32,000 nt of DNA from Zestosphaera tikiterensis (GTDB lineage Archaea; Thermoproteota; Thermoprotei_A; Sulfolobales; NBVN01): positions 180,001-212,000 of the forward strand of contig NBVN01000001.1 in NCBI GenBank assembly GCA_003056265.1. Direction: 5' to 3'. Below are positions 14,531 to 23,492 of this stretch, piece by piece. Position 1 is the stretch's first letter. Every line of letters begins with the position of its first letter. The position numbers and the translations under genes are program-made. The notes under the pieces are model-generated. The model saw nothing but the letters and a program-made list of their open reading frames with translations, made no database searches and was not told the DNA's origin.

Positions 14531-15531
14531 TATCCATGGATTTTAAGAAGTATTACCCGTTAATACCTATGTTCATTATCTCCGTAATTCTATTAGCTGT
14601 TAGGTTAGCAGCCCCCGAGCTTTCACAGATAGTTTCATTAGCTCTTTTCTATGTAGCGTTAGGCGAAGCTTTCAACATATTTACTGGATTGACTCTATAC
14701 GTCTGCTTTGGTTACGTAGCTTTCGTTGCTTTAGGCATGTATGGAAGTGGCCTAGCCTTAAAGTATATCCTCGCTACTTCAAACCCACCTTTAGTGACTA
14801 CAATTCTCTTTAGTTTTGCCGTAGCCGGGTTTTTCGCTTTTATACTTGCGTTAGTCGTGGGGTCTATAGGGTTGAGGTTGAGAGGGGCGTTCTTCGCCAT
14901 CGCTACGGTAGGACTTAGTGAAGGACTTAAGAACTTCATAGAAGGTACTGGTATATGGGGAGGTAGTAGCGGGCTTATAATAGCTGGGGATTTAATAAGT
15001 TCTTACGGGCATGAGACGTACGTCTTCGTATCAACGGAGTTAGCAGATTATTTAATGTTTGCTGTTTATGTATTGTCGTTGCTCGTCATGTTTTTAATTA
15101 CGAAGTCTAGATTCGGCTATGGATTAACAGCTTTAAAAGAAGATGAAGACGTAGCTAACGTGATGGGTGTGAATACCGTAAGGTATAAATTAATGACGTT
15201 CGTCATTAGCGCTGCTCTTGCCGGCATGATAGGAGCTACTAAAATGCTTAAAGACCTGGTTATATATCCTCCCCAGGCTTTCGCTATATCCTACACCGTT
15301 GAAGCAATAGTTATAACAATGCTTGGAGGGTTAGGAACGGTTACAGGGCCTGTAATAGGTGGTTTGGTTTACAGCATTTTGAAGTACATGCTTACAGTTA
15401 GTTTTCCAGGGCTCCAGCTGTTAATCCTAGCACCCGTGCTTATAGCCGTTTGTGTCTTGTTCCCCTACGGCATCGTTGGATGGGTTAAGAGGAGGTTTAG
15501 GGGGACGCTCATTGATTACCTCCTTGTTTAG
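14527..15531 (+). CDS. livM: branched-chain amino acid ABC transporter permease (LivM-like)
   Basis: 334-aa polytopic permease. The GTG at 14527 overlaps the livH stop (GTGA). The alternative ATG at 14536 has GGAGGTGA 6 nt upstream. Confidence 0.85.
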   Translation: MISMDFKKYYPLIPMFIISVILLAVRLAAPELSQIVSLALFYVALGEAFNIFTGLTLYVCFGYVAFVALGMYGSGLALKYILATSNPPLVTTILFSFAVAGFFAFILALVVGSIGLRLRGAFFAIATVGLSEGLKNFIEGTGIWGGSSGLIIAGDLISSYGHETYVFVSTELADYLMFAVYVLSLLVMFLITKSRFGYGLTALKEDEDVANVMGVNTVRYKLMTFVISAALAGMIGATKMLKDLVIYPPQAFAISYTVEAIVITMLGGLGTVTGPVIGGLVYSILKYMLTVSFPGLQLLILAPVLIAVCVLFPYGIVGWVKRRFRGTLIDYLLV

Positions 15532-15533
15532 GG

Positions 15534-16277
15534 GTGAGTAGTGTGAGCGAGGAGTTATTAAAGCTTCAGGAAATCTCAAAAAGTTTCGGCGGTATTAGAG
15601 CCCTTAAGAATGTGAGCTTAACGATCTCTATTGGTGAGAGGTTAGCTATAATAGGTCCTAACGGCGCTGGAAAAACAACACTCTTTAACGTGATAAACGG
15701 CGTTTACAAGCCGGATACCGGTAGAGTATTCTTCGCTAATGTTGACGTAACAGACCTGCCGGCTTTTAAAAGGACGCGAATGGGTATGGCTAGAGCTTTC
15801 CAGATACCGAGGCCTTTTCCTACAATGAGCGTTTTAGATAATGTCATGGTTAGCGCTTTATTCGCTGGCAAGTTTAAGAGCGTTGGAGAAGCTAGAGAAA
15901 GAGCTGATGAAGTTCTTGAATTAGTTGGTCTTGCCAACAAAAAGCATGAGTTAGCCGTTAACTTAACCTCACCTGAGAAGAAGTTGCTGGAGTTAGCTAG
16001 GGCTTTAGCACCTAAACCAAAGCTCTTACTACTTGATGAAATAGTCGCTGGAATACCCCCTGCCGAAGTCGATAGGATAATGTTGTTAGTTAGGAACGTA
16101 TCTGAGAAGGAAAATATAGCCGTAGTTGCCTTAGTAGAGCATGTTATGAGAGTTTTAAAATACGTTGAGAGAGTGATTTTCTTGCATGAAGGCCGGGTGC
16201 TTATGGATGATAAACCTGAGAAAGTCCTTAGCAGCGAGACCGTGAAAAACATATATCTGGGGAGGATTTATGACTGA
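15534..16277 (+). CDS. livG: branched-chain amino acid ABC transporter ATP-binding protein (LivG-like)
   Basis: Walker A GPNGAGKTT, Q-loop, signature-like LTSPEKKLLELARAL, Walker B LLLLDEIVAG. Confidence 0.85.
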   Translation: MSSVSEELLKLQEISKSFGGIRALKNVSLTISIGERLAIIGPNGAGKTTLFNVINGVYKPDTGRVFFANVDVTDLPAFKRTRMGMARAFQIPRPFPTMSVLDNVMVSALFAGKFKSVGEARERADEVLELVGLANKKHELAVNLTSPEKKLLELARALAPKPKLLLLDEIVAGIPPAEVDRIMLLVRNVSEKENIAVVALVEHVMRVLKYVERVIFLHEGRVLMDDKPEKVLSSETVKNIYLGRIYD

Positions 16278-16998
16278 AGGTAAAGTTCTTAAACTAGAAA
16301 ACATTGAAACGGGATATAGAGGCGTTCAAGTACTTTGGGGTGTAAACGTAGATGTGGGCCCTAAAGAGATAGTTGCTGTGTTAGGTCCTAACGGTGCTGG
16401 AAAAACAACACTTATGAAAGCTACGATGGGTTTCCTAAAAGTTTGGAAGGGCTCCATAATCTTCTTAGGTAGGGACATAACGAAGATACCTAGTCACGAA
16501 AGAGTTAAGCTAGGCATAACGTTAGTACCTGAAGGCAGGAGTATATTTCCTAATATGACTGTAGAAGAGAATTTAATGATGGGGGCATACATGTATAATA
16601 TCAAGAAAGACCATAGAGTTATCGAGATGTTGGAAGTCGTGTACAACTTATTCCCTATACTACAGGAGAGACGTAGTCAAAAAGCCGGTACTTTAAGTGG
16701 AGGTCAACAGCAGATGCTTGCCATAGGGAGAGCCTTAATGACCAACCCAAAGATACTCTTGCTGGATGAACCAACTTTAGGGCTCGCGCCAAAGCTCGCC
16801 GGTGAAGTGCTTAATACCGTAGCTAAGCTTCGTGACGAGTTAGGACTGTCTATACTGCTTGTTGAAGAGAAAGTTCTGTTAGCTACGAACATAGCAGATA
16901 GGATTTACATAATGAATCAAGGCAGAATTGAACATGAATTCCTGAAAGAAGACCTTACTAAAAAAGAGGAAATTCTTCAGAAGTATATAGGATTTTAG
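16270..16998 (+). CDS. livF: branched-chain amino acid ABC transporter ATP-binding protein (LivF-like)
   Basis: Walker A GPNGAGKTT, signature LSGGQQQMLAIGRAL, Walker B ILLLDEPTLGLAP. Overlaps livG by 8 nt. Confidence 0.9.
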   Translation: MTEGKVLKLENIETGYRGVQVLWGVNVDVGPKEIVAVLGPNGAGKTTLMKATMGFLKVWKGSIIFLGRDITKIPSHERVKLGITLVPEGRSIFPNMTVEENLMMGAYMYNIKKDHRVIEMLEVVYNLFPILQERRSQKAGTLSGGQQQMLAIGRALMTNPKILLLDEPTLGLAPKLAGEVLNTVAKLRDELGLSILLVEEKVLLATNIADRIYIMNQGRIEHEFLKEDLTKKEEILQKYIGF

Positions 16999-17041
16999 GA
17001 ATTATGAGTAAACTTTAGTACTATCTAATATTGAAATCTAA

Positions 17042-17052
17042 AAAGTTTATTA
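17042..17052 (+). promoter_or_regulatory. TATA/BRE-like box AAAGTTTATTA upstream of the substrate-binding protein gene
   Basis: Ends 23 nt before the GTG at 17075. Identical to 13598-13608. Confidence 0.5.
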
Positions 17053-17074
17053 ACCAGAGAATAACATCAAACAT

Positions 17075-18475
17075 GTGGTGGTAAACTTGGCTCAAACCAA
17101 AGCTTTAGCTATCACAATCTTAGTAGCTGTAGTCTTCGCTGCTCTCGGGTACTTAGCAGGTCAGATGACAGCACCTCGAACAGGTGCAACAGTAACGGTA
17201 ACTAGTTATGCTACGGTTACTTCTTACGTAACTGTATCTCGAACGGTTACGCCAACAACTTCGCCTGTTGCTGTGCCTGAGAAAATAACTATAGGTCTTA
17301 CTTTAGGTCTTTCAGGGGCTTATTCATATGCTTCAACGCAGGGGTTGCGTGGAATTCAAATAGCTGTTAAGTGGATTAACGAAGTTTACGGAGGTATTAA
17401 CTTAGGCGGTAAGAAAGTGAAGATCGAGCTTAAGTACTATGATGATCAATCAAATAAGGAGCTTGTCCCAAGTCTTTATGAACAGTTGATAAAGGTTGAT
17501 AAGGTTGACTTTCTGTTAGGACCTTACGGCTCACCTTTAGTATTTGTTGCCGCACCTGTAGCAGAGAAATACGGTAAGTTGATGATAAATTGGATGGGCA
17601 CTAGCGACGTAATACATGAGCAGGGATATAAGATGATTGTGATGGTTTCAACGCATTCTGGTTCGCAGATGAAGCCCGCGATGGAGATGGTTAAGTCCTT
17701 AGATCCTAACGCTAAGGTGGCGATAATATATAAGGAGGACGAGCATAATAGGTTATTAGCTCAAGGCGCACGTGAAGCAGCTAAGCAGTTAGGTCTGCAG
17801 GTAGTGTTCGATAAGTCTTACCCAGTTGACATTAAAGACTTCACACCGATATTTACGGAGATGGCTACGTATAAGCCGGACGTTATAGTTATATGCCCTC
17901 ACGAAGCTGACGGCATATTAGCGGCTACGCAACTTGCTGAACTCAATATAAACGCTAAACTCATGATTATGGGTTTCGTCCCAAGCTTAGCTTCATTTAA
18001 GAGGGCCTTAGGGAACTTAGCTGAGGGTTGGGCTGGAACTAACCAATGGTCTGTAGGTGCTTCATACACTCCAGACGACGCTAAGGCTTTGGGATATGAG
18101 TGGTTTGGACCTACGGAGGAGGAGGTCTTAAACCTCTATAAGCAGATAGCACCGCCTGAGGACTTCCCCTCAGAACACACCGGCGCTGGTGCTGCGGCTG
18201 TGTTAATCTTAGCTAAAGCTATAGAGAAAGCTCAAAGTCTGGATCCCCAAGTCGTTAGAAATACGTTAAATACAATGAAGGTTATGACTTTCTACGGACC
18301 TTTCCAAATAGATCCAACGACGGGTAAGCAGATAGCTCATAAAGAAATACTCTCGCAATGGCAGCAAGGGAAGTTCGTGCCTATATGGCCGCCTGAAATA
18401 GCTCTTTCAAAACCTGTATACCCGATACCTACTTGGGATGAAAAGAGGCAAGGAAAGCAGGCAGTTCCTTCATAA
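17075..18475 (+). CDS. Liv-type (type I periplasmic binding protein fold) substrate-binding protein, membrane-anchored
   Basis: 466 aa. N-terminal TM helix ALAITILVAVVFAALGYLAG, then a Thr/Val/Ser/Tyr linker TVTVTSYATVTSYVTVSRTVTPTTSPVAV, then a LivJ/K-like domain. It lies adjacent to livHMGF. Confidence 0.8.
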   Translation: MVVNLAQTKALAITILVAVVFAALGYLAGQMTAPRTGATVTVTSYATVTSYVTVSRTVTPTTSPVAVPEKITIGLTLGLSGAYSYASTQGLRGIQIAVKWINEVYGGINLGGKKVKIELKYYDDQSNKELVPSLYEQLIKVDKVDFLLGPYGSPLVFVAAPVAEKYGKLMINWMGTSDVIHEQGYKMIVMVSTHSGSQMKPAMEMVKSLDPNAKVAIIYKEDEHNRLLAQGAREAAKQLGLQVVFDKSYPVDIKDFTPIFTEMATYKPDVIVICPHEADGILAATQLAELNINAKLMIMGFVPSLASFKRALGNLAEGWAGTNQWSVGASYTPDDAKALGYEWFGPTEEEVLNLYKQIAPPEDFPSEHTGAGAAAVLILAKAIEKAQSLDPQVVRNTLNTMKVMTFYGPFQIDPTTGKQIAHKEILSQWQQGKFVPIWPPEIALSKPVYPIPTWDEKRQGKQAVPS

Positions 18476-18552
18476 AAGTATTTAACTACCCTCCGCTCTA
18501 AGTTTAAAACTTTTTATTATAGTTAAGACATAAGTATTAATGGGTCTTAGTT

Positions 18553-19236
18553 TTGAGGGTTGGTTTTGTTACTATTGGTCAGTCTCCTAGGGTTGATGTT
18601 TTTAACGATATTAAACATTTACTACCTAAAGATATTGAAATCGTAGAAAAAGGAGCTTTAGACAACTACACAGAAGAAGAAATAAATAAAAAATTAAAAC
18701 CAAGAAAAAACGAAACAACATACATAACAAAACTAAAAAACGGAAAAGAAGTAAAAATATCAAAAAACAAAGTCGTGAAGCTATTGAAGGACGTGATCAA
18801 GGAATTAAATAAGGAAGGTGTTGATTTGATAGTGATTTTATGCACGGGTAGTTTCCCAAGGTTCGCATCTGAGGTTCCTGTGATTTATCCTTATAAGTTG
18901 TTAGAGGGTTTTGTCTCAGCTTTAAATCCTAGGGTTTTAGGCGTTTTAGCTCCTGCTCAGGAGCAGATTAACTACTTAACTCGTAGGTGGTTAAAGAAAT
19001 GCCCTAAGGTTGTGGTTGAGGCGATCTCACCATATACCTCAGACCTGAAGGACTTCCTTAACGTGGGTAAGCGATTAGCTGAGGAAGGCGTTAAAGTAGT
19101 GGTTATGGATTGTATAGGTTATTCAATATCTCAAGCTCAGGTTATTAAGGCTTCCTTAGGTGAGGATTCTCTAGTGTTAAATCCTAGGTTGGCATTAGTT
19201 ACTTTTATTAGGGCGTTGACGTTTTTCTCGTCTTAA
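18553..19236 (+). CDS. AroM family protein (Asp/Glu racemase-like fold)
   Basis: 227 aa, colinear from memory with E. coli AroM: FVTIGQSPR vs ILTIGVVP near the N-terminus, VVVMDCIGYS vs VIMLDCLGF near the C-terminus. TTG start. Confidence 0.6.
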   Translation: MRVGFVTIGQSPRVDVFNDIKHLLPKDIEIVEKGALDNYTEEEINKKLKPRKNETTYITKLKNGKEVKISKNKVVKLLKDVIKELNKEGVDLIVILCTGSFPRFASEVPVIYPYKLLEGFVSALNPRVLGVLAPAQEQINYLTRRWLKKCPKVVVEAISPYTSDLKDFLNVGKRLAEEGVKVVVMDCIGYSISQAQVIKASLGEDSLVLNPRLALVTFIRALTFFSS

Positions 19237-19290
19237 GTTAGTGTTGTTACCGCGTATTTGCTTTTATTAATCCTTTCATAACATATTTAT

Positions 19291-20052
19291 TTGTCAGAGG
19301 GTGGGTTATTGAAGTTGGTTGAATGCTCTGTAACCCATAACTTGAGGGTTAGACCGGAGTATCATATTTTAGGGCTTGAATGTGGTGAGTTAGGTTCGAT
19401 AGAGCCCGGTCAATTCATCACTGTTTCTGTAGATAGTGTTGAAATGGTCTTGAGAAGGCCGTTTTCGATATATAGAGTGTTTGAAAACCGTGGGGTTATT
19501 GAGATATTCTTTAAGGTAGTTGGTAAAGGGACTAAAGCCTTAAGTGAGTTGAAGGAGGGTATGGCGGTGAGTGTTTTAGGTCCTTTAGGTAAGGGCTTTC
19601 CGCTTTACGAAGGCGTTACGGCTGTTTTGCTTTCTAGGGGTGTTGGTTTAGCGTCTCTAGCTTTATTAGGTGATAAGTTGAAGGGGTTGAAGAGTAGGGT
19701 GGTTACCATAGCTAGTTTTAAAGGTAGGGATGCTGATTTAGCCTCCGATAATGAGTACGTGAAGTCCTTTTCTGACGAGGTTATTGTGTTGTATGACGAG
19801 GATCGCAGTAGTGATGTAGAGAACGTGAGGTACTTGCTAAACAAGGTTAAGCCGGACGTCGTATATACGTGCGGCTCTAAAAGGTTGGTAAGGCTTCTTA
19901 AAGAGTTGCCTTACGAAGCGTACGTAGCTTGGGAGGAGAGGATGGGGTGTGCCGTTGGAGCGTGTCGTTCATGCGCTGTTAGAACCGTAGCTGGGTATAA
20001 GCTAACGTGTTACGACGGACCTGTTTTTAACGTAAGGGATTTAATTTTATGA
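19291..20052 (+). CDS. pyrK: dihydroorotate dehydrogenase electron-transfer subunit (PyrK-like)
   Basis: FAD-binding RRPFSIY and a C-terminal 2Fe-2S motif CAVGACRSCAV...TCYDGPVF. Immediately upstream of pyrD. TTG start. Confidence 0.8.
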   Translation: MSEGGLLKLVECSVTHNLRVRPEYHILGLECGELGSIEPGQFITVSVDSVEMVLRRPFSIYRVFENRGVIEIFFKVVGKGTKALSELKEGMAVSVLGPLGKGFPLYEGVTAVLLSRGVGLASLALLGDKLKGLKSRVVTIASFKGRDADLASDNEYVKSFSDEVIVLYDEDRSSDVENVRYLLNKVKPDVVYTCGSKRLVRLLKELPYEAYVAWEERMGCAVGACRSCAVRTVAGYKLTCYDGPVFNVRDLIL

Positions 20053-20059
20053 ATAGGTT

Positions 20060-20992
20060 ATGGGGGAAGTTACTACTATGGAGTTAGATTTAAGTGTTGA
20101 AATAGCTGGTTTAAAGCTTAAGAACCCAGTTATGAATGCTTCAGGCACTTATGACCCGTTAAGGTATGAAAGCCTCGTGGATCCGAACCTACTTGGTGCT
20201 GTAGTTCTTAAGAGCTTAACGTTAAACCCTAGGGAGGGTAATCCCCCGCCGAGAATAGTTGAGGTGGCTTGCGGTATAGTTAACTCAATAGGTATTCAGA
20301 ACGAAGGTGTTGAGGAGTTTATAAAGGTTAAAGTCCCTCTGCTTAGGAAGTTTAAGGAAGCTACCTTTATAGCTAGCGTTGCTGGGTTAACACCCAATGA
20401 GTTCGCTGAGGTTGTAGAAGCTCTAGAAGGTGTTGACATATTTAAAGCGTATGAAATCAACACTTCATGCCCTAACCTTGAGAAAGGTGGTGTAAACTGC
20501 GCTTTAGATGAGCGTTGTATACAGCAGGTAACGAAAGCCGTCAGAGGTAAAACCAACAAACCAGTTATCGTGAAGCTAGCTCCAGACGTCACAGATATTG
20601 TAGCTATAGCTAAAGTGGCTGTGGATGCTGGAGCTGACGCATTAACTATAGCTAACACGTACAGAGCGTTAGTCGTGGATTTGAAGTCTAGGAAGCCGAT
20701 CCTACATAACGTAACTGGAGGTCTCTCAGGACCTGCGATAAAACCTATAACACTTAGGCTGGTTTACGAAGTAGTTAAAGCTTTAGACGTGCCTGTAATA
20801 GCTTCCGGCGGTATAACCTCAGCGAATGACGCCTTAGAATATCTCTTAGTTGGTGCTAAGGCCGTTCAAATAGGGACCATGAACTTCGTAAGGCATGATA
20901 TAATGATTAAAATAATCGAAGGTATTAAGAAGTTCATGGTCGATGAGGGAATAAAAGACATTAAAGAATTTATAGGCACTTTAAGAACGTAA
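20060..20992 (+). CDS. pyrD: dihydroorotate dehydrogenase 1B catalytic subunit
   Basis: LKNPVMNASGT, active-site NTSCPN, GLSGPAIKP and ASGGI blocks. The alternative start at 20078 (MELDLSV) is plausible. Confidence 0.85.
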   Translation: MGEVTTMELDLSVEIAGLKLKNPVMNASGTYDPLRYESLVDPNLLGAVVLKSLTLNPREGNPPPRIVEVACGIVNSIGIQNEGVEEFIKVKVPLLRKFKEATFIASVAGLTPNEFAEVVEALEGVDIFKAYEINTSCPNLEKGGVNCALDERCIQQVTKAVRGKTNKPVIVKLAPDVTDIVAIAKVAVDAGADALTIANTYRALVVDLKSRKPILHNVTGGLSGPAIKPITLRLVYEVVKALDVPVIASGGITSANDALEYLLVGAKAVQIGTMNFVRHDIMIKIIEGIKKFMVDEGIKDIKEFIGTLRT

Positions 20993-21015
20993 TCAAAGCA
21001 CTGCTACGTAACGCC

Positions 21016-21063
21016 GAAAACCTAAACGTTTTCAGCATATGATCAGCGTCGTGTTCACGCTGA
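21016..21063. terminator. two small hairpins with T-tracts between convergent pyrD and purP
   Basis: GAAAAC-N6-GTTTTC (21016-21033) and TCAGCGT-N7-ACGCTGA (21043-21063). T4 runs are present on both strands. Confidence 0.3.
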
Positions 21064-21066
21064 AGA

Positions 21067-22140
21067 TTAGGTTAGGACTTTTTCAAGCATTCCTTTATCG
21101 ATGGCTGTTTTTATTTCTCTAGCTATTCTTCGTCCGACGCTCATGGGTTCGTTCCAGTAGAGGTATGAGTATGGGCTTCCGTTTATGTAGAGGTTTGTGC
21201 CGGCTACGATCCTCCCTGAGAATTCGAAGACTATGATTTCAGCGTCTTTAGTGATTATGCTTTCTAGGCAGAAGGGGCCTATCACGCCCGGAGGTAGTTC
21301 CTCCTTAGTGGTTTTAACGAATTTCTCTCCGTAGTCAAGTATCTTAGGTAGGAGGCTCTCCCTCAACACTAACGGTATGTTACCGACTACTGTAAACGTG
21401 GGTTCAGCCCCCACCTCCAAGTAGGTGTTGGGCGGTAGTCTCTTCAGCCCGTCTATGTCTGATTCGTACCTTATGTCTGCGCCCAAGATCTCCAGCCTGT
21501 TTAACGTGGGGCTGTAGAAGTAGTGGTAATATGCCGTCACGCCTAACACATATTCTTGAATTAACGCTTCGTTGAAGTTTCTTATGGTGCCTTGCTCGAC
21601 GAGCTTACTTAGTTTGTAGGTTATTACTTCCTTATCTTTAGCTATGAAGTAGTCTTTACCGCCTTTAGCGCCGGCTAACTTAACTATGACTAGCTTATCT
21701 ATAGCTTCATCTAAGCTGTATGTCTTCGGTATCGGTATGCCGGCTTTCGAAAGTAACTCCATTTTAAGTTTTTGATTTGCTTCAACCTTAAACAACGTTC
21801 TTAAGCCGAAGATCGGTATCGGTATGTTTTCAGCGCATTCGATTCCGACGTACTCTACGTAGCTTCCGTGAGGTACTATAACGCTGTTTAACTCTTTAAG
21901 CTTCCTCACCACGTCTTGAGAGCATATATCACTCCACTCATCTACAACCACGTATTCATCCACTAAGTGATTAAACCCTCTGTAGAAGGGTAACCTATCG
22001 CGTTTAGCAATGAGTGTGGTTTTAAAACCTTCTAACTTAGCCCCATGCACTATCTGTAAGGCTGAATGACTTGCTAACGTAGCTATGGATAACTTACCCA
22101 CGTCGTAGTCCTTAAGCAGCGTTCCTACGTTGAAACCCAT
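21067..22140 (-). CDS. purP: 5-formaminoimidazole-4-carboxamide ribonucleotide (FAICAR) synthetase, PurP family, copy 2
   Basis: Colinear with archaeal PurP: [51 protein letters not shown] chose the ATG at 22140 (MGFNVG...), which lies 1 nt after the purB stop. The ORF-track start at 22167 adds 9 residues. Confidence 0.85.
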   Translation of the reverse strand: MGFNVGTLLKDYDVGKLSIATLASHSALQIVHGAKLEGFKTTLIAKRDRLPFYRGFNHLVDEYVVVDEWSDICSQDVVRKLKELNSVIVPHGSYVEYVGIECAENIPIPIFGLRTLFKVEANQKLKMELLSKAGIPIPKTYSLDEAIDKLVIVKLAGAKGGKDYFIAKDKEVITYKLSKLVEQGTIRNFNEALIQEYVLGVTAYYHYFYSPTLNRLEILGADIRYESDIDGLKRLPPNTYLEVGAEPTFTVVGNIPLVLRESLLPKILDYGEKFVKTTKEELPPGVIGPFCLESIITKDAEIIVFEFSGRIVAGTNLYINGSPYSYLYWNEPMSVGRRIAREIKTAIDKGMLEKVLT

Positions 22141-22141
22141 A

Positions 22142-23482
22142 TCACATGCCCAACGCTTTCTTAGCATAGCTTACAGCCCTCTCAATAAGCTCTCTATAGT
22201 TCCCGAGGTATTTGAGGTAGTCGAAACATTCGTCGATTTCCTCAGCAGGTAGGGTTTTACCTACGTCGCTTTTTATGAAGACTTCCTTTAAGCTTAAGCC
22301 TTTCTCGAAGGACTCCCTGGAGAGCTTCCTAAGGATTTCATGCGCCTCCACCCTAGGGATGCCTCCTAAGATCACGAGCTTCGACGTTAAGCACTCACTC
22401 ATTATGTTGCCTTTAGTTAATTCTAAATTCCTCCTCATAGACGCCTCATCCACTTCAAGTCTTGACGCTATAGCTACAGCGTCTTCAAGCATCTGATCTA
22501 TTGCGAGGAAAGCATGCGGTATTAAGACTCTTTCAGCGCTGCTGTTCGTTAAGTCCCTCTCATGCATGAGTGGGATGTTCTCAAGGGCTGTGATGAGCAG
22601 CCCTCTTAAAACCCTTGCCAACCCGCAAACCCTCTCAGCGATTGACGGGTTCCTCTTATGCGGCATAGCGCTACTCCCCACCTCACCGCTTGAGATGAAA
22701 ACCTCAGCTATCTCATCCCTCATAAGCTCCCTAACCTCTAACGCAAACCTATCCAGTTGCGAGCCTAAGATAGCTAAAGCCGAGATAAGTTCGGCGAAGC
22801 CGTCTCTAGGCGCTACTTGAGTTGAGATTGCGTGAGGTTTTAAACCTAAGTGGTTTAGGGCCACCTCCTCAACGGTTAACCCCCTCCCAAACCATCCAGC
22901 CATGGTGCCGACGGCGCCGGCGATCTTACCTTGAACGACCCTGCCCTCAACTTCTTCAATCCTCTCGTAAGACCTTGAGAGTTCGTAGACGTAGTTAGCT
23001 AGTTTAAACCCGAATGTTATCGGTAGTGCGTGCTTGCCGTGAGTCCTACCAACCATTAAAACGTCTCGATACTTCCTACTTAACTCGATCATCAACTCTA
23101 TCAAGGTTTTAAGCTTCTTCTTAACGATAGCTAAAGCCTCCCTCAAGACCAACGCCCACGCCGTATCTACGACGTCGTAGCTTGTAGCGCCTAAATGTAC
23201 GTACTTACCGCAGGGCTCGCCGAGCTTACTAGACACTACAGTCACTAAAGCAACTACGTCATGCCCTAACCTCCTCTCCAACGCATCAACTTCCTCAGGT
23301 TCTACGTACTTAGCGGTTGAGAGGGTCTTCTCCCAACACCCTTCAGGAGCAAGCCCAGCAGCTTCAAGGCCTTTCATAATAGCTGCTTCAACCTCAACCA
23401 TCTTCCCGATGATGTGCTCTCTCGAGAAGACCTCCCGCATCTCATTAGATCCATACCTCCATTCAAACGTACATACGGGCAT
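22142..23482 (-). CDS. purB: adenylosuccinate lyase
   Basis: Fumarate-lyase signature GSSAMPHKRNP with PurB-like N- and C-termini. I prefer the ATG at 23482, which has GAGGTGG 7 nt upstream. The GTG at 23491 is also possible. Confidence 0.9.
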   Translation of the reverse strand: MPVCTFEWRYGSNEMREVFSREHIIGKMVEVEAAIMKGLEAAGLAPEGCWEKTLSTAKYVEPEEVDALERRLGHDVVALVTVVSSKLGEPCGKYVHLGATSYDVVDTAWALVLREALAIVKKKLKTLIELMIELSRKYRDVLMVGRTHGKHALPITFGFKLANYVYELSRSYERIEEVEGRVVQGKIAGAVGTMAGWFGRGLTVEEVALNHLGLKPHAISTQVAPRDGFAELISALAILGSQLDRFALEVRELMRDEIAEVFISSGEVGSSAMPHKRNPSIAERVCGLARVLRGLLITALENIPLMHERDLTNSSAERVLIPHAFLAIDQMLEDAVAIASRLEVDEASMRRNLELTKGNIMSECLTSKLVILGGIPRVEAHEILRKLSRESFEKGLSLKEVFIKSDVGKTLPAEEIDECFDYLKYLGNYRELIERAVSYAKKALGM

Positions 23483-23492
23483 GAAAACCACC

